A DNA stretch of 64,000 nucleotides from an uncultured Acidobacteriota bacterium (GTDB lineage Bacteria; Acidobacteriota; UBA6911), in the NCBI GenBank assembly GCA_963827655.1, contig CAWHCF010000023.1:288001-352000 (forward strand), in the 5' to 3' direction. The notes under the pieces were generated by a model. That model was not told the origin of the DNA and did not search any database. It was given only the letters and a program-made list of their open reading frames with translations. Of this stretch, positions 1-10,399 are shown one piece after another (positions within the stretch are counted from its first letter, which is position 1; each line of letters opens with the position of its first letter). A program made the position numbers and the translations under genes.

Positions 1-1041
1 GTCAATTCGCCGGGGCTGCCGCCGCGCTCGATGGATACATTGTTTGACAATGCCTTCGAGACCGTCACAGGAACGGCGACTGCATTCAGCACATTGGAAC
101 CCGAGAAGCGCACGCCTTACTTGCAGCAGTGGAACCTCAATATCCAGCACAAACTGCCGGGCGACACGGCGCTGGAAATCGGTTATGTCGGGAGCAAGGG
201 GACGGAACTGATGGGCCGGCTGGATTTGAACCAGGCGCGGCTGAACAGTCCGGGTGAGAATCTTCCCGTGCAGGCGCGCCGTCCCTTCGGGCAGTTTCAG
301 AGCATCCTGCAATTCGAGGGGGGCGAGGTGTCCAACTACCACGCCATGACCGCCAGCCTGGAACGGCGTTTCTCCAGAGGGTTCTCATTCCTGACCAACT
401 ATACCTGGTCGAAATCGATCGACACCTCGTCCGCCTCCATCGACGACGCCCTGCTTCACCACATCACCGAAAACCGACGCTTCGATCGGGGTCTTTCAAC
501 CTTCGACATCAGACATCGCTTCGTGGCGACCGCAATCTGGGACCTTCCGTTCGGCAGCGGCAGGCGTTTCCTGACCGGCGCCGGCTGGATCGCCAGCGGA
601 TGGCAGATGAATTCGATCCTTCAATTGCAGACCGGCAATCCGTTTTCCATCACGGTGGCCGGCGACCAATCCAATACCGGCGTAAACGGCACCCAGAGGC
701 CAAACCGCACCGGCCATGGCATCCTGAGCAACGCGGAAAAGAAACCGGAACGATGGTTCGATACCGGCGCGTATGCGCTCAACCCGGTGAACACTTTCGG
801 TAACGCGGGGCGCAATACGGTATTCCAGGATGGTACGAAACTGGTCGACTTATCGATTTTCAAGAACAACTATTTCGGCGACGGGAAATACAACCTGCAG
901 TTCCGGGCGGAGTTTTTCAACCTGTTCAATACGGTGAATTTTGAACGTCCCGCCAGCACTGTCAACGGCGCCAACTTCGGCGTCGTCACCAGCGCCCGCG
1001 CCGCGCGGGAGATTCAGTTTGCGCTCAAGTTTGTTTTTTGA
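1..1041 (+). CDS. TonB-dependent receptor (Oar-like, acidobacterial type), C-terminal part; 5' end lies outside the window
   Basis: Frame open from base 1; motifs QQWNLNIQ, NYTWSKSID, QFRAEFFNLFN; ends in the OM beta-barrel signature ...REIQFALKFVF; close paralog of 2907-6131. Confidence 0.9.
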   Translation, partial: VNSPGLPPRSMDTLFDNAFETVTGTATAFSTLEPEKRTPYLQQWNLNIQHKLPGDTALEIGYVGSKGTELMGRLDLNQARLNSPGENLPVQARRPFGQFQSILQFEGGEVSNYHAMTASLERRFSRGFSFLTNYTWSKSIDTSSASIDDALLHHITENRRFDRGLSTFDIRHRFVATAIWDLPFGSGRRFLTGAGWIASGWQMNSILQLQTGNPFSITVAGDQSNTGVNGTQRPNRTGHGILSNAEKKPERWFDTGAYALNPVNTFGNAGRNTVFQDGTKLVDLSIFKNNYFGDGKYNLQFRAEFFNLFNTVNFERPASTVNGANFGVVTSARAAREIQFALKFVF

Positions 1042-1079
1042 AAAAGGATGGCGCCCCGTTACGGAACAGCAGCTTGTAA

Positions 1080-1186
1080 CGCCGGAGTTGCGACAGCTTG
1101 CTGCCGCGCAGTGCGAGACCCGCAGTGGCGAAGCAAGCTTCGCCAAATCGAGGCGGGCAGGCAATCGAGCTAGCCGCACTCCAAGG
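1080..1186. repeat. Degenerate REP-like palindromic pair (GGAGT..G.CAGCTTGCTGCCGC ... GCCGCACTCCAA)
   Basis: ggagttgcgacagcttgctgccgc near 1084 and gccgcactccaag near 1173; the GCACTCCAA/TGGAGTGC core recurs at ~18512-18540 and ~35059-35087. Confidence 0.45.
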
Positions 1187-1426
1187 AGTCTGGACGTTCG
1201 GACCATTTGGGCGGCTTTAGATCGAGCTCCGAGCACTGCGCATTCAGGCCAGCGTAGCTCGGTCCTCGAGCAAGGCGACGCCGCAGCGCGGATCCTGCAG
1301 AACCAGGTCAGCGTCGACGTTGCGTGCACGGCTTGAGACGCGAACGGCTTTAATCACGGCCCGGCGCGTTAGGTTATGCCGGTACCGGACCGAGGGCGTA
1401 AGATGTCTTCTAGCGAGGGATCGACA

Positions 1427-2875
1427 ATGAGAAGAATGCGTGGAGTTCTCTGGATCGGGCTGTACGCAGTCGCACAGTTCGTCATCAACCCGCTGGACGT
1501 GAGCGCGCAGGAGTCCCGCCGGCGGCCGCCCAACATCGTCTTCATCCTGGCGGACGATCTCGGCTGGACCGACCTCGGCTGCTTTGGCAGCCGGTACTAC
1601 GAAACTCCCAATATCGATCGGCTTTGCCAGCAGGGGATGAAGTTCACACAGGCCTACACCAACGGCCCGAACTGCGCTCCCACGCGAGCGAGCCTCATGT
1701 CGGGCCAGTATACTCCGCGGCACGGGATCTATACCGTCGCCACCGGCGCGAGGGGCCTGGAGAAATTTCGCAAAATGATTCCCGCAGAGAACCAGCAGAA
1801 TCTCCCTCTGGAAGAAGTGACAATTGCCGCCGCCTTGAAGAATTCAGGATACGCCACGGCCATGTTCGGCAAGTGGCATCTGGGCGAAACCGCTGACTAT
1901 CACCCATCCCGGCGCGGCTTCGATCAGGCGATCGTTTCGATGGGCCGTCATTTCAATTTCCGCACCAACCCCCAGGTCAACGTGGACGGGGACACATACC
2001 TGGCCGATTTCCTGACCGACCAGGCTGTGCGCTTTATCGACCAGAATAAAGCCCGACCCTTCTTTCTCTACCTGCCGCACTTTGCGGTCCATGTGCCGCA
2101 CGAGGCCAAGAAGGAGCTGATCTCGAAATACGAGAAGAAACAACCCGCGGGCGGTCACCATAGTCCGGTCTATGCCGCAATGATCGAAAGTCTCGATCAG
2201 AGCGTCGGCAGGATTCTCGACAAACTGGATGAACTGCAGCTCGCCGGCAACACCATCGTGATCTTCTTTTCCGATAACGGCGGCGTCGGCGGCTATGAAG
2301 CCGCCGGAGTGCCCGCAAAAGGGATCACTGCCAACGCGCCGTTGCGGGGAGGCAAAGGGATGCTGTACGACGGAGGAATCCGCGTGCCGCTCATCGTTCG
2401 CTGGTCCGGGAACGTGAAGCCTGGGAGCGTATGCGACGAGCCGGTCATCGGCCTGGACTTCTACCCTACATTCCTCGAGCTCGCAGGCGCCAGTGCGCCT
2501 CCTGGCCACACGCTCGACGGCAGGAGCTTGTCGCCGTTGCTTCAATCGGCCGGAAAAGCCCGGCTCAATCGCGAGGCCATGTTCTGGCACTTTCCCGGCT
2601 ACCTCGAGGCCGGCGCCGACACGGGCAACTGGCGGACGACACCCGCGGGAGCAGTCAGGAGCGGGAACTACAAGCTGGTGGAGTTCTTCGAGGATGGCCA
2701 TGTCGAGCTGTACAATCTCAAGGAAGACGTCGGCGAGACTCGAGACCTCGCGCGGAAGATGCCGGAAAAGGCGAGCGAGCTTCACGGCAAGCTGAAAGCG
2801 TGGCGGCAGGCCATCCGGGCGCCCATGCCCTCGCCCAACCCCGCGTATCAACCTGTTTCGGCACAAAACCGGTAA
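1427..2875 (+). CDS. Sulfatase (formylglycine-dependent, arylsulfatase A-like), secreted
   Basis: PNIVFILADDLG, CAPTRASLMSG (CxPxR), GKWHLG, SDNGG; N-terminal signal-like segment; start probably 1427 or 1436 rather than 1376. Confidence 0.93.
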   Translation: MRRMRGVLWIGLYAVAQFVINPLDVSAQESRRRPPNIVFILADDLGWTDLGCFGSRYYETPNIDRLCQQGMKFTQAYTNGPNCAPTRASLMSGQYTPRHGIYTVATGARGLEKFRKMIPAENQQNLPLEEVTIAAALKNSGYATAMFGKWHLGETADYHPSRRGFDQAIVSMGRHFNFRTNPQVNVDGDTYLADFLTDQAVRFIDQNKARPFFLYLPHFAVHVPHEAKKELISKYEKKQPAGGHHSPVYAAMIESLDQSVGRILDKLDELQLAGNTIVIFFSDNGGVGGYEAAGVPAKGITANAPLRGGKGMLYDGGIRVPLIVRWSGNVKPGSVCDEPVIGLDFYPTFLELAGASAPPGHTLDGRSLSPLLQSAGKARLNREAMFWHFPGYLEAGADTGNWRTTPAGAVRSGNYKLVEFFEDGHVELYNLKEDVGETRDLARKMPEKASELHGKLKAWRQAIRAPMPSPNPAYQPVSAQNR

Positions 2876-2906
2876 CCACTTACACGAGCCTTATAGAGGG
2901 ATCACC

Positions 2907-5900
2907 ATGCTATTCGCCAGGTTCTATTGGACAGCCGCTCGCTGCGCTGTCGCCGTTCTCATGCTCGCAATGCAGGCAGGAGTTTCCTCCGGACAGATCG
3001 TCTCGGGAAGCATCGTGGGCACGGTCGCCGACGCTTCGGGCGGGACCATTCCCGGGGTGAAGGTGACGGCCACCAACGAAGAAACCAATTTGACTCGCGA
3101 GACGCTGAGCAACGACGCCGGTTACTTCGCGATTCCCAGTCTCCCGCCCGGACGTTATCGCGTCGCCGCCTCTCAGCCGGGTTTCAAATCGGCGCAAGTT
3201 GCCGGAATCGAGCTGTTGATCGATCAGACCGTGCGCATCGATTTGAAGCTCGAAGTGGGGAACATCACGGACCAGATCACCGTCAGCGCGGCTACGGTAC
3301 AGCTTCAGACTGAAACGCCGACGCTCGGCCAGGTCATCGAAGAAAAGCCGATCACGGATCTGCCCTTGAATGGCCGGAACTTTATCCAGCTCGCCAATCT
3401 CTCCGCCGGTGTGATTCCCGCAACCAGCCGGAGCGCCGAATCGTCGAGACTCGGCCGCGTCAATGTCACGGCCCACGTCGCCGGCGCCCGGGCTAGCTTC
3501 AACAGTTTTCTCGTTGACGGCATGGAAAACCGGGGCTCCCGGTTCGGCGAGGTTCCGATCCTTCCGTCGCCCGATGCGATCAAGGAATTCAAGATCCAGC
3601 GGAATTACTACTCCGCCGAGTACGGTCAGAACGCCGGCATCGTCAGTATTTCGATCAAGTCGGGAACCAATGGCTTGCATGGCAGCGCTTACGAGTTTAT
3701 TCGCAACGACAACCTCGACGCGCGCCAGTTCTTCGACCGCGGCGAACCGCCCGAGTTCAAGCTGAACCAGTACGGCTTTGCTATCGGCGGCCCCATCATC
3801 CGCGACCGTACTTTTTTCTTCGGCGCCTACGAAGGCCGGCGGCAGCGGCGCGCCAATCAGCAATTCGCCACGCTTCCCGATCCCCAGTGGTTGCTGGGCG
3901 ATTTCTCCAATCGCGCGACGCCGATCCGCGACCCCTTTAACAACAACCAGCCCTTCCCCAACAACATCATCCCGCAGAGCCGGATCTCCAGCATCGCGCG
4001 GAACTACAACCAGTATATCCCGGCGCCGAACACCAGCCTCCCGCAGGGGAACTTCGCCGGCGCACCGGCGTCCACCGACGATTTCGATCAGTTCCACGTC
4101 CGGGTCGATCACCAGTTTTCCAGCAGCGACACTATCTTCGGACGCTATTCCTGGTCGGATTGGAGCATAGATCGGCCGGGACTGCTTCCTTTCAGGGGAC
4201 TGGCCTTCCCCCTGGATGGACAGAATGTGGTGATCCAGGAAACCCACATCTTCGGCACTGCCACCGTTAATAATCTGAAGCTGGGCTACTCGCGCGGCTT
4301 TCTCTCCAGCGCCATCATCCCGGAAGATCGGCCGATCGGTCCCGAGATCGGGCTTAAGAACCTCTCGATCCAGCCCTCCGACTACAGTTCTCCCAGCTTC
4401 GGCATGGCGGGTTTCAGCGCCCTGGGATTCGCCACCAACACCTTCCGGCACTGGACCAACACGTACGCGGTCAGTGACACGCTGGCTCTTACACGAGGCC
4501 GCCACAATTTCTCGCTGGGCGGCGATGTCCGCCACCATCGGACTCCACAGATCACGACCAACGGTGCCAATGGAAGTCTCAGCTTTACCGATCGGTTCAG
4601 CGGGTTCTCGGTCTCAGACTACGTTCTCGGAACCTACACCACGGCCAACGCGCTGTCGTTCACGACGCCGCGGGACTTCCGCTTCAACCAGTACGCGCTT
4701 TTCCTCCAGGATGACTACAAGGTGCTTTCCAATCTGACTCTCAACATGGGTTTACGCTGGGAGTACAGCCAACCGCAGAGAGAGAAGGGGGGAACCGAAG
4801 GGGTTTTCGATCCTTCGATTCCAGGAATGCGCCTGGCTAACGACCCGAGCAAATTCGGATTCAACATCCAGGCCCCCTGGATCGTGGTTGGAGGAGTGCG
4901 CGAGGGGGTTATTCGCCCCGATTTTGCCGATTTCGCGCCCCGTTTTGGTCTGGCCTACCAGATCGGTCAACGAACCGTGATCCGGGCCGGCTACGGGATC
5001 TTCTACGCCATGAACCAGGGGAACGACATTGGATCGACGTCTCAGAATCCTGGCGCCAGCGTCTCTACCAGCACGACCAATTCGCCCGGCGTCGTGCCGC
5101 GCCTGATGGACACTCTGTTCGACAGCGCCTTCGAGACCGTGACGGGAGCCGGAACGGCTCTCTCGACGAGCGAGCCCGAGCGGAGGACTCCGTACCTGCA
5201 GCAATGGAACCTCAATATTCAGCAAGAACTGCCCGGTGGATTAGTTCTCGAGCTCGGTTACACAGGCTCCAAGGGAACAGAACTGATGGGACGGCAGGAT
5301 TTGAACCAGGCCCGTCTGAATCTCCCGGGAGAAAATCTGCCGGTCCAGCAGCGCAGGCCTTATCCGCAGTTTCAGAACATTCTTCAGTTTGAAGGAGGCG
5401 AAGTTTCCAATTATCACGGAATGGCCTTCCGGCTCGAGCGGCGTTTCACCGGCGGATTCCACCTTCTGACCAACTACACCTGGTCGAAATCGATCGATAC
5501 GGAGTCTCGTTCGATCGATGACGGCGCCTCCCCGCACCACGAGAGCACCAACCGGGCGAGGGACAGGGGTCTATCATCCTTCGATGTGAGGCAGCGCTTC
5601 GTCACCAGCGCGATCTGGGAGCTTCCGGTGGGACCCGGGAAGCGCTTCCTCAGCTCGGCCGGCGGTTGGGAGACCTGGCTGGTTCGCGGCTGGCAGGCAA
5701 ACACAATCGTGCAGCTCCAGAGCGGCAATCCCTTCTCCATCAACCTTGCCGGCGATCAATCCAACACGGGCGTCCAGGCGACCCAGCGGCCGCACCGGAT
5801 CGGCCACGGCATTCTGCCAAACTCGGAGAAGCGACCGGAACGCTGGTTCGACACCGGCGCTTACGTGCTCAATCCGTTGAACACGTTCGGCAATGCCGGG

Positions 5901-6131
5901 CGCGACACGCTGTATGAAGACGGCGTCCAGACGATCGATCTGTCGTTCTTCAAAAACAGCTATTTCGGAGAAGGAAGATACAACCTGCAATTCCGGGCGG
6001 AGTTTTTCAATCTCTTCAACACCGTGAACTTTGGTCGTCCCGGTCAGGTAGTCAACGGGGCCAATTATGGAGTCCTGGCCGAGGTCGGACCGGCGCGCGA
6101 GATCCAGTTCGCTCTGAAGTTCATTTTCTAA
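2907..6131 (+). CDS. TonB-dependent receptor (Oar-like) with N-terminal carboxypeptidase-regulatory-like domain
   Basis: Signal peptide, GTVADASGG, LPLNGRNF, YSAEYG, KSGTNGLHGSAYEF, FAPRFGLAY, terminal F. Confidence 0.93.
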   Translation: MLFARFYWTAARCAVAVLMLAMQAGVSSGQIVSGSIVGTVADASGGTIPGVKVTATNEETNLTRETLSNDAGYFAIPSLPPGRYRVAASQPGFKSAQVAGIELLIDQTVRIDLKLEVGNITDQITVSAATVQLQTETPTLGQVIEEKPITDLPLNGRNFIQLANLSAGVIPATSRSAESSRLGRVNVTAHVAGARASFNSFLVDGMENRGSRFGEVPILPSPDAIKEFKIQRNYYSAEYGQNAGIVSISIKSGTNGLHGSAYEFIRNDNLDARQFFDRGEPPEFKLNQYGFAIGGPIIRDRTFFFGAYEGRRQRRANQQFATLPDPQWLLGDFSNRATPIRDPFNNNQPFPNNIIPQSRISSIARNYNQYIPAPNTSLPQGNFAGAPASTDDFDQFHVRVDHQFSSSDTIFGRYSWSDWSIDRPGLLPFRGLAFPLDGQNVVIQETHIFGTATVNNLKLGYSRGFLSSAIIPEDRPIGPEIGLKNLSIQPSDYSSPSFGMAGFSALGFATNTFRHWTNTYAVSDTLALTRGRHNFSLGGDVRHHRTPQITTNGANGSLSFTDRFSGFSVSDYVLGTYTTANALSFTTPRDFRFNQYALFLQDDYKVLSNLTLNMGLRWEYSQPQREKGGTEGVFDPSIPGMRLANDPSKFGFNIQAPWIVVGGVREGVIRPDFADFAPRFGLAYQIGQRTVIRAGYGIFYAMNQGNDIGSTSQNPGASVSTSTTNSPGVVPRLMDTLFDSAFETVTGAGTALSTSEPERRTPYLQQWNLNIQQELPGGLVLELGYTGSKGTELMGRQDLNQARLNLPGENLPVQQRRPYPQFQNILQFEGGEVSNYHGMAFRLERRFTGGFHLLTNYTWSKSIDTESRSIDDGASPHHESTNRARDRGLSSFDVRQRFVTSAIWELPVGPGKRFLSSAGGWETWLVRGWQANTIVQLQSGNPFSINLAGDQSNTGVQATQRPHRIGHGILPNSEKRPERWFDTGAYVLNPLNTFGNAGRDTLYEDGVQTIDLSFFKNSYFGEGRYNLQFRAEFFNLFNTVNFGRPGQVVNGANYGVLAEVGPAREIQFALKFIF

Positions 6132-6224
6132 CCTCGAAGAAACATCGGGTCGAATTTAGAGTGAAGTCCGGTGCAGTCGCGCGGAGGGTAAGGTTTATCG
6201 ATTCACCGCCCTGCTCCATCCGCA

Positions 6225-6971
6225 CTATCGTCCGAGTGCCTCCAGGTACCGCTTGTCCCTCTTGCGTGACGCGATTTCGCGCACCGTGCGGCCTTCCTTG
6301 CCGGGCGCGTCGGGATTGGCGCCGTACTGCATCAGCAGCTTGAAAATCTCGACGTCATAGCCTTTCTTGAGAGCGGTATGTAGCGGCGTGTCGCCCTGGA
6401 CCTCCCCGATGTTGGGGTTCGCACCCAGCCTCAGCAGTTCCTTCAGGGTTTTCAGCCGCCGGCGCGCCCGCTCCGGCTTGCCTTCGATGCCGCGGTCGAG
6501 CACCGCGACCGCCATGTGCAGCGGCGTGGCTCCGACGACTACGTTGATGTCTGCACCGTGACGGACCAGGTCCTCGAGAATCTCCCAGTTTCCCCACCAG
6601 GCGGCGGCAAAATACCCTTCTGCCTTCACACCCTGATCCAGGAAGAACCTGGCCAGCCGATTGTTCTGCGCCCTGGCCACGGCAAAAAAGACGAGCGACA
6701 GCGTTGCCGGGTCCTCCTCGCCGTCTTCGCCAGGCTTTGTGGTGTGCGTCACATGCGGATCAAAGCCGTTGCTCACCAGCCATTTTGCCATCCGCACCTG
6801 CCGGTCGGCTGCGGCTGGGTCCTGGACACTCGAACGCGCGCAACACAACTGCAGCAGATTGAACCCCTTTTCCGACTGAAAATCTTTCAGCGCGGGCTTC
6901 CTGGTGAGGATCGCTCGCACGTTCTCGAGATCGAACTGCTTGACAGCGTCGATGAGGGCGGTCTTGCTCAT
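6225..6971 (-). CDS. Ankyrin-repeat protein
   Basis: GATPLHMA, GDTPLHTA, LMQYGANPD, HGADIN ankyrin motifs. Confidence 0.85.
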   Translation of the reverse strand: MSKTALIDAVKQFDLENVRAILTRKPALKDFQSEKGFNLLQLCCARSSVQDPAAADRQVRMAKWLVSNGFDPHVTHTTKPGEDGEEDPATLSLVFFAVARAQNNRLARFFLDQGVKAEGYFAAAWWGNWEILEDLVRHGADINVVVGATPLHMAVAVLDRGIEGKPERARRRLKTLKELLRLGANPNIGEVQGDTPLHTALKKGYDVEIFKLLMQYGANPDAPGKEGRTVREIASRKRDKRYLEALGR

Positions 6972-7048
6972 GGTAGCTCGCGTGCCAGGCTTGAATCTCC
7001 GCGCTCAGCGGCAGCTCCATCTCATGGTTTACGGTGATTTCAGATCAA

Positions 7049-7849
7049 TCAAGCAGGCCTGTAAGGCTGGAATTCGGCCTTGAATCGGACCAGCGACTCG
7101 CGGATGGTATCCAGATCGCCGATCTTCTTCCGCTCGGTGACCAGCGCAAGAGGCGCCGACATTCCAAGGACCGGGCAGAAGCCGCGCTTGCTGATCTGCT
7201 CCTGGAAGCCCGGACCGGTCTTCACGTTTACCCCGCCTGTGGGCATGATCATCCTGCCGTTGTGACGATCGCGCTGGTAAGGCGCGAGCAGCCCACCGAC
7301 TCCGCTCGGACCGTACACACTGGAGTTGAAGATCTTGATCCCGTCGGGCTCCAGGCCATCCTCCCGCTCCAGGAAATAGGAGAACTCGGACGGCGAGAAG
7401 GCACCAGGCACTCCGAAACACTTCGCGCTCCGGACCATCTTGACGAACTCGATACGCTCGCGCGACCCGCCCATCCCCGAGTCGGGCGCCACGATCATGT
7501 CGAACCCCATCTCGATAGCCGCTTCCAGTTCGCGAGGGTTGATGACGCTGCCCACCCCCAGCAACATGGGATCGCCGGGGCGAGCCTTCGCGCACTCGCT
7601 TCGCCGTTTCCGGAGCTCGGTCATAGCCTCTTTCAGAATACCCTCGGGAATGCGGAAGGTGACCTCCGCAATGAGGCCGGCTTCATAAATCCCGTCGACG
7701 GTGTTGATCACGTCCTGCGGCGTCTTTGCGTGTTCGCGACCCATGACCACCACCACGCCCTTCTCGCGCAGCAGCGTGTCGACCCGCCTGGGGTCTCTCG
7801 TATAGACATCGGTCATAGGCCCCTCCTTCAAGGAAACTGAATCAAACAA
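7049..7849 (-). CDS. eda: KDPG/KHG aldolase family protein
   Basis: EVTFR, GVGSV, PGAFSPSE, Schiff-base KIF, MPTGGV; next to a KDG kinase; start may be the MTDVY Met. Confidence 0.8.
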   Translation of the reverse strand: MFDSVSLKEGPMTDVYTRDPRRVDTLLREKGVVVVMGREHAKTPQDVINTVDGIYEAGLIAEVTFRIPEGILKEAMTELRKRRSECAKARPGDPMLLGVGSVINPRELEAAIEMGFDMIVAPDSGMGGSRERIEFVKMVRSAKCFGVPGAFSPSEFSYFLEREDGLEPDGIKIFNSSVYGPSGVGGLLAPYQRDRHNGRMIMPTGGVNVKTGPGFQEQISKRGFCPVLGMSAPLALVTERKKIGDLDTIRESLVRFKAEFQPYRPA

Positions 7850-7876
7850 GATGTGAGCGCGGCGCCCACCGAGCCC

Positions 7877-9007
7877 CTATCGCATCGCGACCACTCCGCC
7901 GCCCTTCCTGCCCCGCTTCACCTCCGCCTCGACCATCGACTGAGTCACCATCGTGGTATCGCCGGGGGTTTCCTGAACCAGTATGCCGTGGGCGGCGCCC
8001 CACTCTACGGCTTCGTCCAGCGGCTTACCCTTGAGCAGCGCGGAAATGATACCTGAGGCGAACGAATCGCCACCGCCTGTGCGATCCGCGATCTCGATGT
8101 TGCGGCGAATGGCCGCCTGGTACAGCTTATCGTCGGCCACGTCATAGAGGACTGCCCCCCAGTCAATGCGATCGGCAGAATGGGCTCCACGGAGTTGTGT
8201 TCCGATCAGCTTCAGGTTCGGAAAGTCCTTGGCCACCGTGCGTAGCAGGGTGACGTAATATTCCAGAAACTGTTCCATGGTCGCGTTGCCGGATACATCC
8301 ACGGTATAGCCCAGCGCATCGTCGAAGTCGCTCTGGTTTCCCACCAGGAACTCCACATGCGGAACGATCTTTCGGTTGATCTCGCGAGCGCGATCCTTGT
8401 TGGGCTCGACGTTCGCGCGGTAATTCAGGTCCGTGGAGCGCAATGTGCCGTAATGCCCCGCCTTCTTCAAGTACTCGATCGCGGTCTCCGCCGTCCTGGG
8501 GGAGAGCAGGCTGTAGATGCCGCCCGTGTGCGCCCAGCGCACGCCTTCAGTGCCAAACAGATTGTCGAAGTCGTAGTCTTCGGCTCCCGTCTCCCGAACG
8601 GGCGTGTGGGCCCGATAATACTCTGTCTTGGACGGCACCACTCCCTTCCCGCGGAAGGTGGCGTTGATGCCGTTCATGAGACTCCCCTTCTTGTCTGTGG
8701 CGTACCTGCCCTTGCCACTGGTACTGAACCAGACGATGTGGCTGCTATCCACACCGGCTTCTTTGAACTGCGACTCGATGTTGCGGCCGAAGCCGTCGTC
8801 CACCAGTGCCGTGAGAACGGTGCTGCGCAGGCGGAAGCAGTAGGCCATTCCTTCCGCCACGTTCACCTCGCCGCCGCCGTGCCACAGCCGGCACGAGCGG
8901 GCGCGTTCGAACGGTACATCGACCGGATCCAGGCGGATCATGACCTCGCCCAAAGCCACCCCATCCCACTTGCATTGCTCTGCGGGCTTGATGTTGAGCG
9001 TTGCCAT
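7877..9007 (-). CDS. kdgK: PfkB-family sugar kinase, 2-keto-3-deoxygluconate kinase-like
   Basis: LGEVMIRLDP, GGGEVNVA, DLNYR, DRTGGGDSFASG; start taken at MATLNIK. Confidence 0.85.
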   Translation of the reverse strand: MATLNIKPAEQCKWDGVALGEVMIRLDPVDVPFERARSCRLWHGGGEVNVAEGMAYCFRLRSTVLTALVDDGFGRNIESQFKEAGVDSSHIVWFSTSGKGRYATDKKGSLMNGINATFRGKGVVPSKTEYYRAHTPVRETGAEDYDFDNLFGTEGVRWAHTGGIYSLLSPRTAETAIEYLKKAGHYGTLRSTDLNYRANVEPNKDRAREINRKIVPHVEFLVGNQSDFDDALGYTVDVSGNATMEQFLEYYVTLLRTVAKDFPNLKLIGTQLRGAHSADRIDWGAVLYDVADDKLYQAAIRRNIEIADRTGGGDSFASGIISALLKGKPLDEAVEWGAAHGILVQETPGDTTMVTQSMVEAEVKRGRKGGGVVAMR

Positions 9008-9078
9008 GATGCGTCGATCCTCCCTTCGAATGTGCGGGCACAATGCGTGCAAAAGGCGCTGCCGGATTCAACAAAATA

Positions 9079-9112
9079 CCACTAAGACGCGAAGACGCAA
9101 AGAAACACGCAT
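9079..9112. repeat. Intergenic 9-mer-unit repeat (CACGAAGA/CACAAAGA family)
   Basis: accactaagacgcgaagacgcaaagaaacac; related arrays at ~27993, 40790-40846, 48355-48441, 50188-50224, 55011-55042, 56641-56725, 59000, 60520-60556. Confidence 0.7.
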
Positions 9113-9127
9113 GACACGAAAACAAAT

Positions 9128-10384
9128 CTAGTCGATCGGGCCGGCCAGCGCGATTGCGAGGAGCAGCGCACGCTGCGTTCCCTGCCAGGAATTGGTCGTG
9201 TCGAACGATTCGCCAGGTGAATGTGCCCCCTTCCCTGTTCCGCCGCCGCCGATCGTGAGAGCCGGGATGCCGAGACCCATGGGAACGTTCGAGTCCGTGG
9301 AGCCTTCGCGCAGCGCGACGGGGAATCCGAGCGCCTTCTGAACCGAGAGCGCCGCCCGTACTATGGGCGAATTCTCCGGAGTGCTTCCGGGCGGTCTGTA
9401 TCCGACCAGGTCTTTTGCGGCCACAAGCCGGCCCTGGTTCCCCCAGCGCTCGTTCTCCTCTCTGAGCGAACGATCGACCGCCTGATGAAATCTCTCGTCG
9501 ATCGAGCGCAGCGAGGCTGTATCGGCAGAGCGCATGTCCATCTCCATCCACGACTCGAACGGGATCGAGTTGACCGACGTTCCGCCGCCAATGCGCCCGA
9601 CGTTGAACGTGGTCCTGGGCTCGTCGGAAACCTGGAACTCAGAGATGAGCGCGATCGCGCGGCCCAGAGCATGGATCGGATTGGCTAGCCCGAAGGCGCC
9701 GTAGCTGTGACCGCCGGGACCCTTGAAGGTGACCCGGTAACGATAACTCCCCACACCGACGTTGGTAATGCCGAGGCCCGTGCCGTCGACGGAAATGAAC
9801 CGATCGATCTTACCTTTGAGGCTCTCGTTGAAGAGATGCTTCACGCCGCGCAGATCCCCGAGTCCTTCCTCGCCCACGGTGCCCACGAATGTGATCGATC
9901 CTTCGGTCTGGATGCGGTGGCGGTTCAACGCGCCGATGACGCCGATGACCACGGCAAGCCCGCGGCAGTCATCGCCGATTCCCGGCCCTTTGATGAGAGC
10001 GCCGTCGCGCGAGGTTCTCACCACGGTCCCCTCGGGAAAGACGGTATCCAGATGGGCGCTGAAGACCAGGTGCGGACGAGCCGACCGGCCGGCTCTCTCA
10101 CCGAGAACGTTGCCAACCTTGTCGATCCGCACATTCCGCAATCCGAGTTCCTCGAATCGGCGTTTGTAGGCTTCGGCGCGCTGACCCTCCTTAAAAGGAG
10201 GCGCGGGTATTTCGCAAAGACGGATCTGCTCTTCCAGCAGCTCTGCTTCGCTCTGCTTCACCGCGTCGAGGGCCGCGCGCACCGCCGGGTCTCGGACCAG
10301 GCGCGGCCCGATCCCTGCCTCCTGGACTGATCCAGGCCGCACGGATCCGAACAGGATGGCGATGATCATAAGACACTGTCTCAT
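9128..10384 (-). CDS. M20/M25/M40 family metallopeptidase, signal peptide
   Basis: SAHLDTVF, GPGIGDD, VGEEGLG, GPGGHS, STDSN, GAHSPGE. Confidence 0.9.
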   Translation of the reverse strand: MRQCLMIIAILFGSVRPGSVQEAGIGPRLVRDPAVRAALDAVKQSEAELLEEQIRLCEIPAPPFKEGQRAEAYKRRFEELGLRNVRIDKVGNVLGERAGRSARPHLVFSAHLDTVFPEGTVVRTSRDGALIKGPGIGDDCRGLAVVIGVIGALNRHRIQTEGSITFVGTVGEEGLGDLRGVKHLFNESLKGKIDRFISVDGTGLGITNVGVGSYRYRVTFKGPGGHSYGAFGLANPIHALGRAIALISEFQVSDEPRTTFNVGRIGGGTSVNSIPFESWMEMDMRSADTASLRSIDERFHQAVDRSLREENERWGNQGRLVAAKDLVGYRPPGSTPENSPIVRAALSVQKALGFPVALREGSTDSNVPMGLGIPALTIGGGGTGKGAHSPGESFDTTNSWQGTQRALLLAIALAGPID

Positions 10385-10399
10385 TCTGGCCTCCTTGAA

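Noticed and set aside
1844-4538. Long antisense ORFs (1844-2866, 2910-4538) and similar ones throughout
   Set aside because: Typical shadow ORFs of high-GC coding strands with no motifs
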